DNA from: Novilysobacter ciconiae
GTDB taxonomy: Bacteria; Pseudomonadota; Gammaproteobacteria; Xanthomonadales; Xanthomonadaceae
Direction: 5' to 3'
Length of the DNA stretch: 32,000 nt
Assembly: GCF_015209725.1 (NCBI RefSeq)
Contig: NZ_CP063656.1
Coordinates: 2,483,328-2,515,327 of the forward strand
The position numbers and the translations under genes were made by a program. This document shows positions 1 through 9,900 of this stretch, piece by piece. The notes beneath the pieces were generated by a model. That model made no database searches. It was given only the letters and a program-made list of their open reading frames with translations, and was not told where the DNA came from. Numbering within the stretch: position 1 is the first letter of the stretch; each line of letters starts with the position of its first letter.

Positions 1-1074
1 CATCAGGTGCTCGGCGCGCTCCTTGGGATCGGCCAGCAGCTCGGCCTCCAGCGCCTCGTCCTCGGCCGGGGTGGCGCCGCGCGGTCGCGTGCCCGCGATC
101 GGGCGGACCGTCACCATGCCCTGCCCGGCCTCGTCAAACTGCAGGCGCACGAGGATCTCCGGCGAGGAGCCGACCACCTGCATGTCGCCCACGTCGAGGA
201 AGTACATGTAGGGCGACGGGTTGAGTGCCCGCAGCGCGCGGTAGACGTCCACCGGCCGCGCCTTGAACGGGACGCTCAGGCGCTGGCTGAGGACGACCTG
301 GAAAATGTCGCCATCGAGGATGTACTGCTGGGATTGCTCGACGGCCTTGATGAAGCCCTCGCGGGTGAAACCGGAGACGAAGTCCGCCTCGTCCAGCCCG
401 TAGGAATCCAGGGTTTCCGGATACGCGGTGCCGCTGTTGCGCAGGCGGTGGACCAGCTGGTCCAGGCGCCGGTTGGCGCGCGCCCACGCCTGCGGTTCGG
501 ACGGGTCGGCATGCACGATCAGGTAGAGCCGGCCCTTGAGGTTGTCGAACACCGCGACTTCCTCGCTGAGCATCAGCAGGATGTCGGGGGTGCCCAGCTC
601 GTCGGTCTTGGCCTCGCCGTCCGCGCCGGGCCCGCCCAGCCGTGGCTCGATGTACTGGATGCACTCAAAGCCGAACCAGCCGACCAGGCCACCGGTGAAT
701 CCGGGCAGGCCGTCGATGCGCGGCACCGAGTGTTGCGAGCGCAGGCGCTCGACCTCGGCGAACGGATCGGCCACATCGCGCGCCTCGACCAGCTCGCCGT
801 GCTCGGTGACATACAGGGTGTTGCCGGCAAACGCGTACACGCGACGCGCCGGTAGGCCGATGATCGAATAGCGCCCGAAGCGCTCGCCGCCTTCGACCGA
901 TTCAAACAGGTAGGTGTGCGGCCCGTCGGCCAGCTTCAGGTACACCGACAGCGGCGTGTCCAGGTCAGACAGGACCTCGCGCACCACCGGGATGCGGGTG
1001 TGGCCGTCAGCGACGTGCTGCTGGTATGGCTGGTGCTGCGGACTGTCTGGGGTGGAACTGTCTGGCGGGGACAT
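1..1074 (-). CDS. trpE: anthranilate synthase component I, 5' portion (3' end lies beyond the left edge)
   Basis: Absent from the ORF track because there is no stop inside the window. My reverse-strand translation from the ATG (complement of 1072-1074) reads MSPPDSSTPDSPQHQPYQQHVADGHTRIPVVREVLSDLDTPLSVYLKLADGPHTYLFESVEGGERFGRYSIIGLP... and stays open to position 1. Further on it contains GFTGGLVGWFGFE, SPYMYFLD and SSPEILVR, a typical TrpE motif set. Confidence 0.85.
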   Translation of the reverse strand, partial: MSPPDSSTPDSPQHQPYQQHVADGHTRIPVVREVLSDLDTPLSVYLKLADGPHTYLFESVEGGERFGRYSIIGLPARRVYAFAGNTLYVTEHGELVEARDVADPFAEVERLRSQHSVPRIDGLPGFTGGLVGWFGFECIQYIEPRLGGPGADGEAKTDELGTPDILLMLSEEVAVFDNLKGRLYLIVHADPSEPQAWARANRRLDQLVHRLRNSGTAYPETLDSYGLDEADFVSGFTREGFIKAVEQSQQYILDGDIFQVVLSQRLSVPFKARPVDVYRALRALNPSPYMYFLDVGDMQVVGSSPEILVRLQFDEAGQGMVTVRPIAGTRPRGATPAEDEALEAELLADPKERAEHLM

Positions 1075-1238
1075 GCGGCATTTCCTGGGGATGCGACGGA
1101 TCGGGAACGACGGCGACAAGCGACCATCGCCAACCGGTGTCGGCATTGCGGAAATGCAGGTTCGCCCTTGGAGTCATCGCGCTACTGTAGCGGTTCGGGG
1201 GCCGGGACGCGACGGGATGGCGCGCAATCAAGCGGTCC

Positions 1239-2720
1239 CTATCCGGCACTCCCGGCCAACTGGCGCCGCGCACGCGTGGGGGTGTCCGGTGCGATCGCCG
1301 GGATTCGGATGACCAAGTCGGTCCCCTCGCCGGGGGCACTGCTGACATCGATCCTCCCGCCGGCGTCGCCGACCATCGAGGAGACCAGGGCAAGGCCCAG
1401 GCCGGTGCCTTCTCCACGCGCCTTGGTGGTGAAGAACGGCTCCAGCACCTGGCGGCGAACGGGCTCGCTCATGCCGATACCCGTGTCGGAAAAACGGATC
1501 CGCGCGTGCCCGTCGCTGGCAGTCACGGAGATGCTGAAGTGCCCGCCCTCACGCATGGCGTCGCCGGCATTGGCGGCGATGTTCAACACCATCAACTCAA
1601 ACTGTGCCGGATCGAACCGGATATGGACCGGGACAAGCGGCCCTTCGATATCGATCGCGATGTCGGGGCTCAGGAGTTGCCGCAACACCGGCCGGAGGTC
1701 ATTGACCGCAGTTGCCACGTCAATCGTTTCCAGGGAGCGGGCATCCGCGCGCCCGAAGTCGAGCAAGCGGGTGGCGACCGCGGCGGCCCGACGCGATGCG
1801 CCATCCACACCCTGCAGTGCTTCACGCATGGCAGCCGGCTCCGCACTCTGCAGCCCTTTCCCGGCGTATCCCTGCACCAGTCCGAGCAGATGGTTGAAAT
1901 CGTGCGCCAGTCCGCTGGACAGTCGTCCCACCACCTCCATCTTGCGGGCGTGGACGAGCTGGTCCATCACGCGCTCTCGCTCACGGATTTCCGCCTCCAG
2001 CTGCTCGTTTGACACCACAAGTTGATCGCTGCGGAGCTTCTCAGCGGCAAGGCTCTCACGCAGCGCTGTCGCGGCCCGGTCCACCACGGCCGTGATGAGC
2101 ACGAACATCAGACCGCTGATGATCCCGTCGGTGACCATCCCGCTCGCGGGCTCGCCGGCCATGACGTCCACCCGCACGCCGAGCGCGAACGCACCCAGAA
2201 CGGCGAGACACATCGTCCAGACGGCGGTCCGGCCAATCATCAACCCGGTGGTGACGATCCAGACGGTGAGCAACGGGTGCTCGAACCGGTTGCCTGTGAA
2301 ACCCACGCTTGAGTGGGACACCAGCATCAGCACCGCCGTCACCACCATCAGCTGCCTGACTGCCCACTGGAACCTGCCGGTACGCACGAGATAAAGGCTG
2401 AAGCCCGCCAGCGCATAGAAGCCCATGCTCAAGGCAAAGCCGAGCGTCTCGTCTTCGCGCCACGGGACGTCTTTGAGCAGGCTGAACCGGTACGCCCAGA
2501 TCGGCGGTGCCGTGCCGAGAATGACCAGCATGACCACCTGCAGGACCGGAGCGTTGCGCCGGTCGACCGGGTCGGCCACAGGCACGTCGCGAAGCCATCG
2601 CATCAACGCTTGCCACGGCGGCAGTCGGGCAGACCTCACGGAAACAGGCTCAGACGTTGCAACAGGTTCCATGAGCGGCTCGGATGGCAGTGGATGCGGC
2701 GAGCGCCTGCGTCGCGCCAA
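1239..2720 (-). CDS. membrane-bound sensor histidine kinase (multi-TM N-terminal region, HisKA + HATPase_c)
   Basis: 493-aa ORF. Several hydrophobic helices in the first ~200 aa, then a coiled linker. H-box SSGLAHDFNHLLGLV, N-box MVLNIAANAGDAM, G-boxes FSDTGIGM and GTGLGLALV. Start is uncertain: 2720 is a TTG, and in-frame ATGs occur at 2672 and 2603. Confidence 0.85.
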   Translation of the reverse strand: MARRRRSPHPLPSEPLMEPVATSEPVSVRSARLPPWQALMRWLRDVPVADPVDRRNAPVLQVVMLVILGTAPPIWAYRFSLLKDVPWREDETLGFALSMGFYALAGFSLYLVRTGRFQWAVRQLMVVTAVLMLVSHSSVGFTGNRFEHPLLTVWIVTTGLMIGRTAVWTMCLAVLGAFALGVRVDVMAGEPASGMVTDGIISGLMFVLITAVVDRAATALRESLAAEKLRSDQLVVSNEQLEAEIRERERVMDQLVHARKMEVVGRLSSGLAHDFNHLLGLVQGYAGKGLQSAEPAAMREALQGVDGASRRAAAVATRLLDFGRADARSLETIDVATAVNDLRPVLRQLLSPDIAIDIEGPLVPVHIRFDPAQFELMVLNIAANAGDAMREGGHFSISVTASDGHARIRFSDTGIGMSEPVRRQVLEPFFTTKARGEGTGLGLALVSSMVGDAGGRIDVSSAPGEGTDLVIRIPAIAPDTPTRARRQLAGSAG

Positions 2721-2997
2721 CCTCGAAGCGCCATAGGCTAGCGCGGCCGCGCGATGCGGTCATCCGTTGCCGTTCGGGCTTGCACGCCGCGGCACCCTTT
2801 CAGTCGCCCGCGGCGTTCGCCTTCCCCGTAAGTAGCTGCCGACCCGGTTGATGATATTGAAAAAGACGTCGTATCCGGGGCCCACGGTCATACCGCGCTG
2901 CTCGGCGTATACGGCATGCTCGGCATGGGCACCCGAGCCGGTCGCCAGCGTGCTGGAGACCGCGCGGAGGTGTGACAAATGGCCGGACAAAACGGAA

Positions 2998-3016
2998 GGG
3001 CAGCGCAAGCCGCCCC
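2998..3016 (-). terminator. candidate hairpin terminator downstream of the OmpA_C-like gene
   Basis: GGGCAGC (2998-3004) / GCAA loop / GCCGCCC (3009-3015), with one G:U pair, located 18 nt past the stop at 3034. On the minus strand it is followed by an interrupted T-run (TTCCGTTTTG). T-rich sequence also follows on the plus strand. Confidence 0.35.
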
Positions 3017-3033
3017 GTTCTTGTTTCGCCGTA

Positions 3034-3909
3034 TCAGTGCGTTCCGGCCACCCGGATCTCCACCCGTCGATCAGGTTTCAGGCATTCGATCAGCTCGGCC
3101 CGTGGCAAGGACCGGTCGCAGCTGGTGACCGGCTCCGAAGAGCCGCGCCCGGCTGCGGTGATGCCGGCTCCGGGCAGGCCCTGTTCGACCAGCAACTGCC
3201 GGACCGTTGCCGCCCGCCGTTCCGACAGCGCCTGGTTGTAGCTATGGCTGCCCAGCCTGTCGGCGTGGCCGACGACGGTGATTTGCTCCGCTCCCGAGCG
3301 GGACAGCTCCTGTGCCAGTGCGGCGATCTCTTCCTTCCCCTGCGGGAGGATGTCCCGTGGACGCGAACCGTCAAACGCGAACAACGCATCGGCCGACAGG
3401 GTATGCACTGCCGGTGCGGCCGTGGAAACAACCGGGTCCGGCCCAACAACCGGGTCCGGCCGGTCATTCAATGCGTCCAGACAGGCCGACCCATCCCAAT
3501 GCATCGAGTCGACCACGTAGTTTCCGTTGGCGCGCTCGTAGTTGACCTGGTACTGGCAGGTGACGTGGGTGTCGACCCCGGTCCGGAAGTTGAAGACGTA
3601 GTCCCAGCGCGAGACACCGGCGACCCCCTCACTGAAGTGCGGATTGCCGAGCAGTCGTCTGACTTGGCTCTTCCCGAGTCCACGCCCCATCTGACGCAGG
3701 TTGTCGACGTTGACGAAGTCGCCATTCCGGATCCGGCTGCGGGAGGCCTCCGGAAAATCGGTATCGCCCACCACGCCCTGCACCGGCATCACCGCTGTGG
3801 AGGGAAGCCCCACATCCTGCGCCAACGCCCCGGCCGGGACAGACAACAGCGCACAAACGGCGGTAGCGAGGGCTCCGCGAAGCATGTTCCTGATTACCAT
3901 GTGTGTCAT
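3034..3909 (-). CDS. periplasmic OmpA_C-like peptidoglycan-binding protein with a BamE/SmpA-OmlA-like N-domain; TpgA-like partner of the upstream trimeric autotransporter
   Basis: The track ORF 3034-3996 is over-extended. Probable start is ATG at 3909 or 3900 (AGGA lies 9 nt before the 3900 ATG). Signal peptide MVIRNMLRGALATAVCALLSVPAGALA. BamE-like segment LGKSQVRRLLGNPHF...WDYVFNF. OmpA_C motif VVGHADRLGSHSYNQALSERRAATV. It lies 64 nt downstream of the adhesin stop on the same strand. Confidence 0.85.
   Translation of the reverse strand: MTHMVIRNMLRGALATAVCALLSVPAGALAQDVGLPSTAVMPVQGVVGDTDFPEASRSRIRNGDFVNVDNLRQMGRGLGKSQVRRLLGNPHFSEGVAGVSRWDYVFNFRTGVDTHVTCQYQVNYERANGNYVVDSMHWDGSACLDALNDRPDPVVGPDPVVSTAAPAVHTLSADALFAFDGSRPRDILPQGKEEIAALAQELSRSGAEQITVVGHADRLGSHSYNQALSERRAATVRQLLVEQGLPGAGITAAGRGSSEPVTSCDRSLPRAELIECLKPDRRVEIRVAGTH
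3427..3462 (-). repeat. in-frame 18-bp tandem duplication (17/18 identical) in the inter-domain linker of the TpgA-like gene
   Basis: AACAACCGGGTCCGGCCC (3427-3444) is followed directly by AACAACCGGGTCCGGCCG (3445-3462). On the coding strand this encodes the PDPVVGPDPVV linker. Confidence 0.8.
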
Positions 3910-3973
3910 TCCTGATTTGTTCCGATTGGATTCGCTGCCAGCCTTCCGTTTGTTTCGGAAGGCCGGCGCTGCG

Positions 3974-6900
3974 TCACTTCCCGCCCAGTACGCCACTCAC
4001 GCCGACGTAGCCGCCGGTGCCTTCGCGGTTGGACGAGAAGCCGCCCTCCAGGCTCCAGCGTCCGTTGTCGGCGGTACGCCGCAGGCTGACGCCGACAGCG
4101 CCTTCACCCTTGTAGGCTCCGAAACCTGCGTAGTAAGTCGTCGCCCCGGCCACGTAAGGCGCCTGCCGCATCGACATTGCGGTCGCGATGCCGGCGTTGA
4201 GGTCACGCTCGAGCCCGTCGATCCGCTGGCCCAGGTCCCACACATCCCCGTGGATCTGGCTGAACCGCTGATCGGTGTAGTTGTTCGCGGTAATTACCGC
4301 GTGATCCACACCGGCACTGAGCTGGTTGACGTTGACGGCGTCGTTGCCGGCCACGCCCGGAGCGACCCCACTGATGGTGCGGTTGCCGACGTTGACCTCG
4401 CCCGACGAGTTGCTGGTGCCCACGTAGGCCGCGTCGTAACCGGACTGGGCGCCCACGGTCGTCGCCGACCCTTGGCCCAGCGCCACGCTGTTGTCGTGCG
4501 TGGCCTTTGCGCCTTGGCCGACCGCGGTGCTGTTGGAACCGGCGGCCACGGCGTGGTTACCCAGCGCGGTGCTGTTGTCACCGCTGGCGTCCGCGCCGCT
4601 GCCGCCGGCCGCAGAGTTGGCTCCGGTCGGGGTCGGCGGGACGATCGGGGCTTCCTGGCTGACCTGGAACGGACCGGTCGAACCCTCCTCCAGGTTTGTC
4701 ACACGGCTGCTGTTGTCGACGATGTTGGAGGCCAGGTCGTTGAGCTGGCCCACGTTGGCCGCATCGGTGTCAGCCACACCCGCCGCGACGTTGCCGATGA
4801 CCTGGCCGCCGGCATCAACGCCATCGGTGGTCACACTCGGGCCACCCTCGATCACCAGGCCCGTATCGCCCAGGTGCACGTCGTCGCCCACGTGCACGCC
4901 GTCGGTATCGACCACGGTGTCGCCGGCAGTGAGGCTGTCGACGTCCAGGTCACGGTTGAGGGTGATCTCGATCTGGCCGCGGTTGTCCGCGCCCGTCTGG
5001 GCTACGGTGATGTTCTGGTCGCCGGTGAAGTTCACCGTGCCGTTGGGGCCGATGTTGGCGTCATTGCCGTTGGCATCGGTCGCCGTCCAGCCCGCGTTGG
5101 CGGCCTCGTTCGCCGATCGGATCGCATCGTCAATATTGTCGTGACCGGTGCCGCCGATGTCGCTGGTGGTGATGGTGCCGTCCGGGTTGAGCCCGGCGTT
5201 GCCACCAATCACGTTCACGATCGACTGACCCATCCCGTGGAGCTGGCTGCCGTTGATGGCATCCGTGCTGGTGGCACTGACATCACCCGCCGCCACGTTG
5301 GTGATTACCAAGGTGCCCGCGTCGATACCGCTCATTGTCACGCTTGGCCCGCCATTGATCACCAGGCCGGTGTTGCCGAGGTGCACGTTGCCGCCCACCG
5401 CAACGCCGGCGGTGTCGATAGCGGTATCGCCAACGGTGACGCTGTCCACGTCGATATCACGGTTAAGGGTGACGGCGATCACACCGTCCTGGTCATCGCC
5501 TGTCTGGGCGACGGTGATGTTCTGGTCACCCTGAAAGTCCACCGAACCGTTTGGCCCGATATTGACCTGGTCGACGCCGGAACCGGTCAAATTCCACCCC
5601 GCGTTGACCGTCTGGTTTACAAGAACAAGTTGCTCCTCGGTCGCCGCACGGCCGGAACCATCGGCGAACCCCGGATAGTTGATTGTCTGGTTCTGCAGGC
5701 CACTGATCGTACCGGCGTTACCGCTGATCAGGATCGGACTGGCGCCGCCCACCACGATGACATCGCCCCCGATGGTGGTCGTGCCCGCTGTGTCGGTCAC
5801 CGCGACGGTGCCCGCACCCACAACGGTACTGTTGCCGTCGGCGTCGCTCACCGACGCGCCATCCGCGGTCAGGCTCGCCACCTTGCCGGCGCCATCGTCC
5901 ACCGCCAGACCATCGTTGTTCACCACGGTGTCGCCGGTGGTCAGGCTGCCGTCCGAGCCCAGGTCGATGTTCTCGGCCAGGTCGAAGGTGACGTCGTTGC
6001 TGTCGTCGGCCTTGGTGATGACGATGTTGCCGTCGGCGTTGGTCAGGTCGACCGAATTGCCAGTCGGGCTGTTGACGCCCACGTTGGTGGCGTTTGCCCC
6101 CTGAGCGCTGACATTCCAGCCAGAGTTGGCTATGCCATGGACCACTCGAAGCTGGTCTTCCGTCGCCGCCTGGCCGCTGGTGTAGTTGTTAGGGTCGAAC
6201 GTGGTGTTGGTCAGCCCGCCGATGGTGCCGGCGTCGCCGTTGATCACGATCGGGTTGGCCCCACCCACCGAGATCTCGTTGCCACCGATCGTCGTTGTGC
6301 CGGCAGCGTCGGTCACCGCAATCGCACCGGCACCCACGGTAGTGTTGTTGCCTGCGCCGTCATCAACCGCCAGACCGTCGTTGTTCACCACGGTGTCGCC
6401 CGTGGTCAGGCTGCCGTCCGCGCCCAGGTCGATGTTCTCGGCCAGGTCGAAGATGAGGTCGGTGCCGTTGCGCGCGATGACGATATTGCTGTCGGTGTTG
6501 CTGAAGTCGACCGAACCGCCTGGTGCTACGTTGGCGCCCGTCACCTCGCCGTTTGCCCCTACCGCCCAGCCTTGCGCGGCGTACTCGATCGCGTCATGCA
6601 CCGTGCCCTTTCCGGTGCCGCCGACATTGCTCATCGTGACCTGATGCGTGTCGGGATCGAATACCGCGTTGCCGCCCAGCACGTCGGCAATCGAGTCGCC
6701 TGCGGCATCCAGGTCATCGGCCAGCGATTCCAGCGCCATGTTGGTGCCGTGCAGCTGGCTGCCGTTGATACCGTCGGTGCTGGTGGCGCTGATGCGGCCC
6801 GCTGCAAGGTTGGTGAGAGTGCGCTCGGCACCCGCGGCGCCAACACTGACGGTCGCCACCGGGGTGGTGCCGGCGAAGTTGTAGGTGTTTTTGTCGACCG

Positions 6901-9900
6901 AAATGCTGGCGGTACCGATGGGCGCTGCGGTGATGGCACCGCTGCCCAGCGCGACCGAGCCGGCATGCGACGCCTGCGCGCCCTGGCCGAATGCGGAAGC
7001 GTTCCGGGCCGAGGCGCGTGCGCCGGATCCGACCGCGAGCGCATTTTCCGCCGTGGCGCTGGCGTCCTGACCGAACGCGGCCGCGTTTTCCGCGCTGGCG
7101 CGTGCGCTGGAACCTATTGCCAACGCATCTTCTGCGGAAGCCTCGGCAGCGTCGCCAATGGCGGTAGCCGATTCATCGGTTGCGCGGGCCTCCACGCCAA
7201 TCGCCAACGCATGGTAGTTGTCCGCCAGCGTGTTCTGGCCGATGGCGACGCCGCCCATGTTGCGGCGCGGCTGGAGGTTTGCAGGGTCGTTGAAACCGGA
7301 CACCGCGCCCGTGCCCATGGCGATGCCGTCATTGGCCCAGCCGGTGGCGCCGGTTCCATTGGCAATGGCGTTGGCGCCGCTAGCCCTTGCGTCGGTGCCA
7401 CTGGCCTGCGCACTTGCCCCGCTCGCGCTGGCTCGGGTACCCAACGCCGTGGCGTCACTCGCCGTCGAATGCGCGCCACTGCCCTGGGCAATGCCCCGGG
7501 GTGCATTCACCAACGAGTCCTTGCCGATGACAATGCCTTCGACCGCGGTCGACGACGATTGGGTGCCGATGACGATCGAGTTATCGACTGCCGGGCCACT
7601 GGCTTGGCGGTTGGTATAGGAATCCCGACCGATGACGATCGAATTCTGGTCACGGCTCTCCACGTGCGTGCCGATGGCGATACCACTTTCGCCGAGTGCC
7701 TCGGACTGCGAGTTGCCGATGGTGGTCGAGTTCTTGCCCAGGCCCTTGATGTTGTGGCCCAGCACCACCGCGGAATCACCTTCGGCGCCAGCCTGATGGC
7801 CGATGGCGATCGAGTCGCGGTTCTTGGTCGTTGCGTCCGGGCCGATCGCGACCGAGTCAACGGCGGCAGCATCGGCGCCGTTGTTGTTCTTGTTGCCCTT
7901 GTCGATGCCGCCGTCATTGATGCTGACGTAGTTCAGCATGTTCTGGTCGATCTGGTCCTGGAGATTGGCGATGACCCCGCCGGCAAAGTCGATGTCGCTC
8001 AGGTCGATGCCCGACACGGCCTGCTTCAACTGGCGGACGTTGACTGCATCGGTGTCATTCGCACCGTCTTCCACATTGACTATTCGGCGCGTGAACGAGG
8101 CGCCGCTCTGGCTGCTGCCGACGGAGACGGCACTGCCGTTGAACGTCCGGTTGGTAAACTCACTGCTCCCCGACACGTCGCTCTGGGTCGCCCACGAGTT
8201 GAGACCCAAGGCGACGAAATTGCTGTCCGCATGGGCGTTGGGGCCGATGGCCGTTCCTGTCCCAAGCGCCGTGGTCTGCCGCCCCAGCGCGACGCCGGTG
8301 TTGCCGGCAGAGGCGTTGAAGCCGACTGCCACGCCTTCGGTCTGCGCTCGGGCTGACTGACCAATGCCGACGGCGCGATTCGAAGTTACCCCGCTGTTCG
8401 CGTCCAAGCCGATGCTGACGTTCTCCTCACCGGCAATGCCCACACCCGCGCCACGCCCCATGGCCACGTTGTCGTCGCCATCCACGTTGCTGCCGGCGCC
8501 ATCGCCCATTGCCACGTTGAACTGGCCGGCCACGTTCTGGCCGGACTGGTTGCCAATCGCGATGTTGTGGGATTGATCGCCAGGCAGGACCTGGCCGGTG
8601 CCCTGCCCCGCGGCATTACCGATCGAAATGTTGTTGGTCGCTGCGGCCACCGCATCCTGGCCCAGCGCCACTCCCCCGGCACCGCCCGCTGCTGCTCGTG
8701 CGCCCAGCGCCGTGGCATTGGCACCGCCAGCGTTGGCATTGTCACCGAGTGCCACCGAGCTGTTGCCCGTTGCCTCACTGTCACGGCCGATGGCAATTGC
8801 GGCTTCGCCTCCGGTCAGCTCACCCCCAGCTGTCGCACCCTGCCCGATCGCGATGGCACTTTCAGCGCTTGCGGTGGTGGCCGCACCGTCACCGGCTGCG
8901 AAGCTGCTGACGCCTTCCGCCACGGTGTTGGGCCCGATGGCGATGGACTCATCGCCCATGGCCTGGGAGTCAGGCTGTGCCGAACGGGCGCGGAAATAGC
9001 GGACGCCACCGGCACCTTCTTCGATGAACAGGTCGAAGATCTGCTTGCCGGAGACCGCGTCGCTGCTGGTCGCCGTCAGGGCGCCCTCGGCGAGGCCGGT
9101 AATCCGCAAGCCACCGGCGTCAATCCCTGAGGCGGTGACGCTGGGACCGCCGCTGCTGAAGGTCAGCCCGGCATTATTGAGGGTCGAATTGCCTGCCGTG
9201 ATGCTTGTTACCGTCAGATTCTCGTCGAGCGTGACGGTCACCTTTCCGTCGTCGTCAACGCCGGTGAGCGCCACGCTGATATTGCCGTCGCCCTGGAAGG
9301 TCACGGTGCCACCGGGCCCGATATCGGTAGTAGTGGCTCCGTCGCTGATGATCCAGCCTGCTGCATCGGCAGCAATCTGCGCGGCAGCCGCGGCAGCCGC
9401 CGCGTTGGTCGCCGTGGACTGAGCGACCGAAGCTGCGGTGCTGACGGTGCTGAGCTGGCCGAAGTTCACCGCGTGGTGGCTGGCGGTGCCACTGGCCACG
9501 CCGGTGATCACCTTGCCGCCGGCATCAATCCCTGCGGCGGTCACGCTGGGGCCTGCACTGATGGTGAGGCCGGTGTTGTCAAGCACGACATTGCTGCCGA
9601 TCGCCACACCGCTGCCATCCACCCGTGTGTCGCCAATCGTGACACTGCCATCGACACCGAGATCAATATCGTCGTCGAGGGTGATCTCAATGACGCCGGC
9701 GTCATCGGCTCCCGCCTGCGCGACATGGATGTTGCTGTCGCCTTGGAACGTCACCGTCCCACTATCACCGATCACGGCGCCGTTGCTGCCGTCGGTCACG
9801 GTCCAGCTCGGCGCATGCTGGGCAAACGCCGGCATGCCAGCCAATGCCGTCAGACCCAGCACTAATCCGATCGCCAAGGCAAGCGCGCCCGGTCGCCGTC

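Noticed and set aside
1075-1180. Possible trp leader peptide upstream of trpE (minus-strand ATGACTCCA... encoding MTPRANLHFRNADTGWRWS with two Trp codons)
   Set aside because: The frame does not stop before trpE; it runs on to 1007 and overlaps the trpE start. I could find no terminator/antiterminator pair with a U-tract. The only hairpin is a 5-bp GGCGA/TCGCC stem. The two Trp codons are probably coincidental, although comparative analysis could revisit this.
2848-2861. TTGATGATATTGAA, looked at as a possible seventh FNR box upstream of the histidine kinase
   Set aside because: Only the left half-site matches. The right half is TTGAA rather than ATCAA, so it is not a palindrome.
2760-3008. 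82-aa minus-strand ORF between the OmpA-like gene and the histidine kinase. An internal ATG at 2891 gives MTVGPGYDVFFNIINRVGSY with fairly high third-position GC
   Set aside because: It starts at a TTG inside the candidate terminator hairpin. It has no SD and no recognisable motif, and the coding-like codon bias fades in the second half. It could be a gene remnant, but I cannot support a call.
3701-8356. 1551-aa plus-strand ORF, the second-longest in the track
   Set aside because: It lies exactly antisense to the trimeric autotransporter gene. Its product is low-complexity (V/G/A/D/R-rich) with no recognisable motif. The minus-strand frame has an ESPR signal, YadA-head repeats and a YadA anchor. 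This is a typical stop-free mirror frame of a high-GC repetitive gene.
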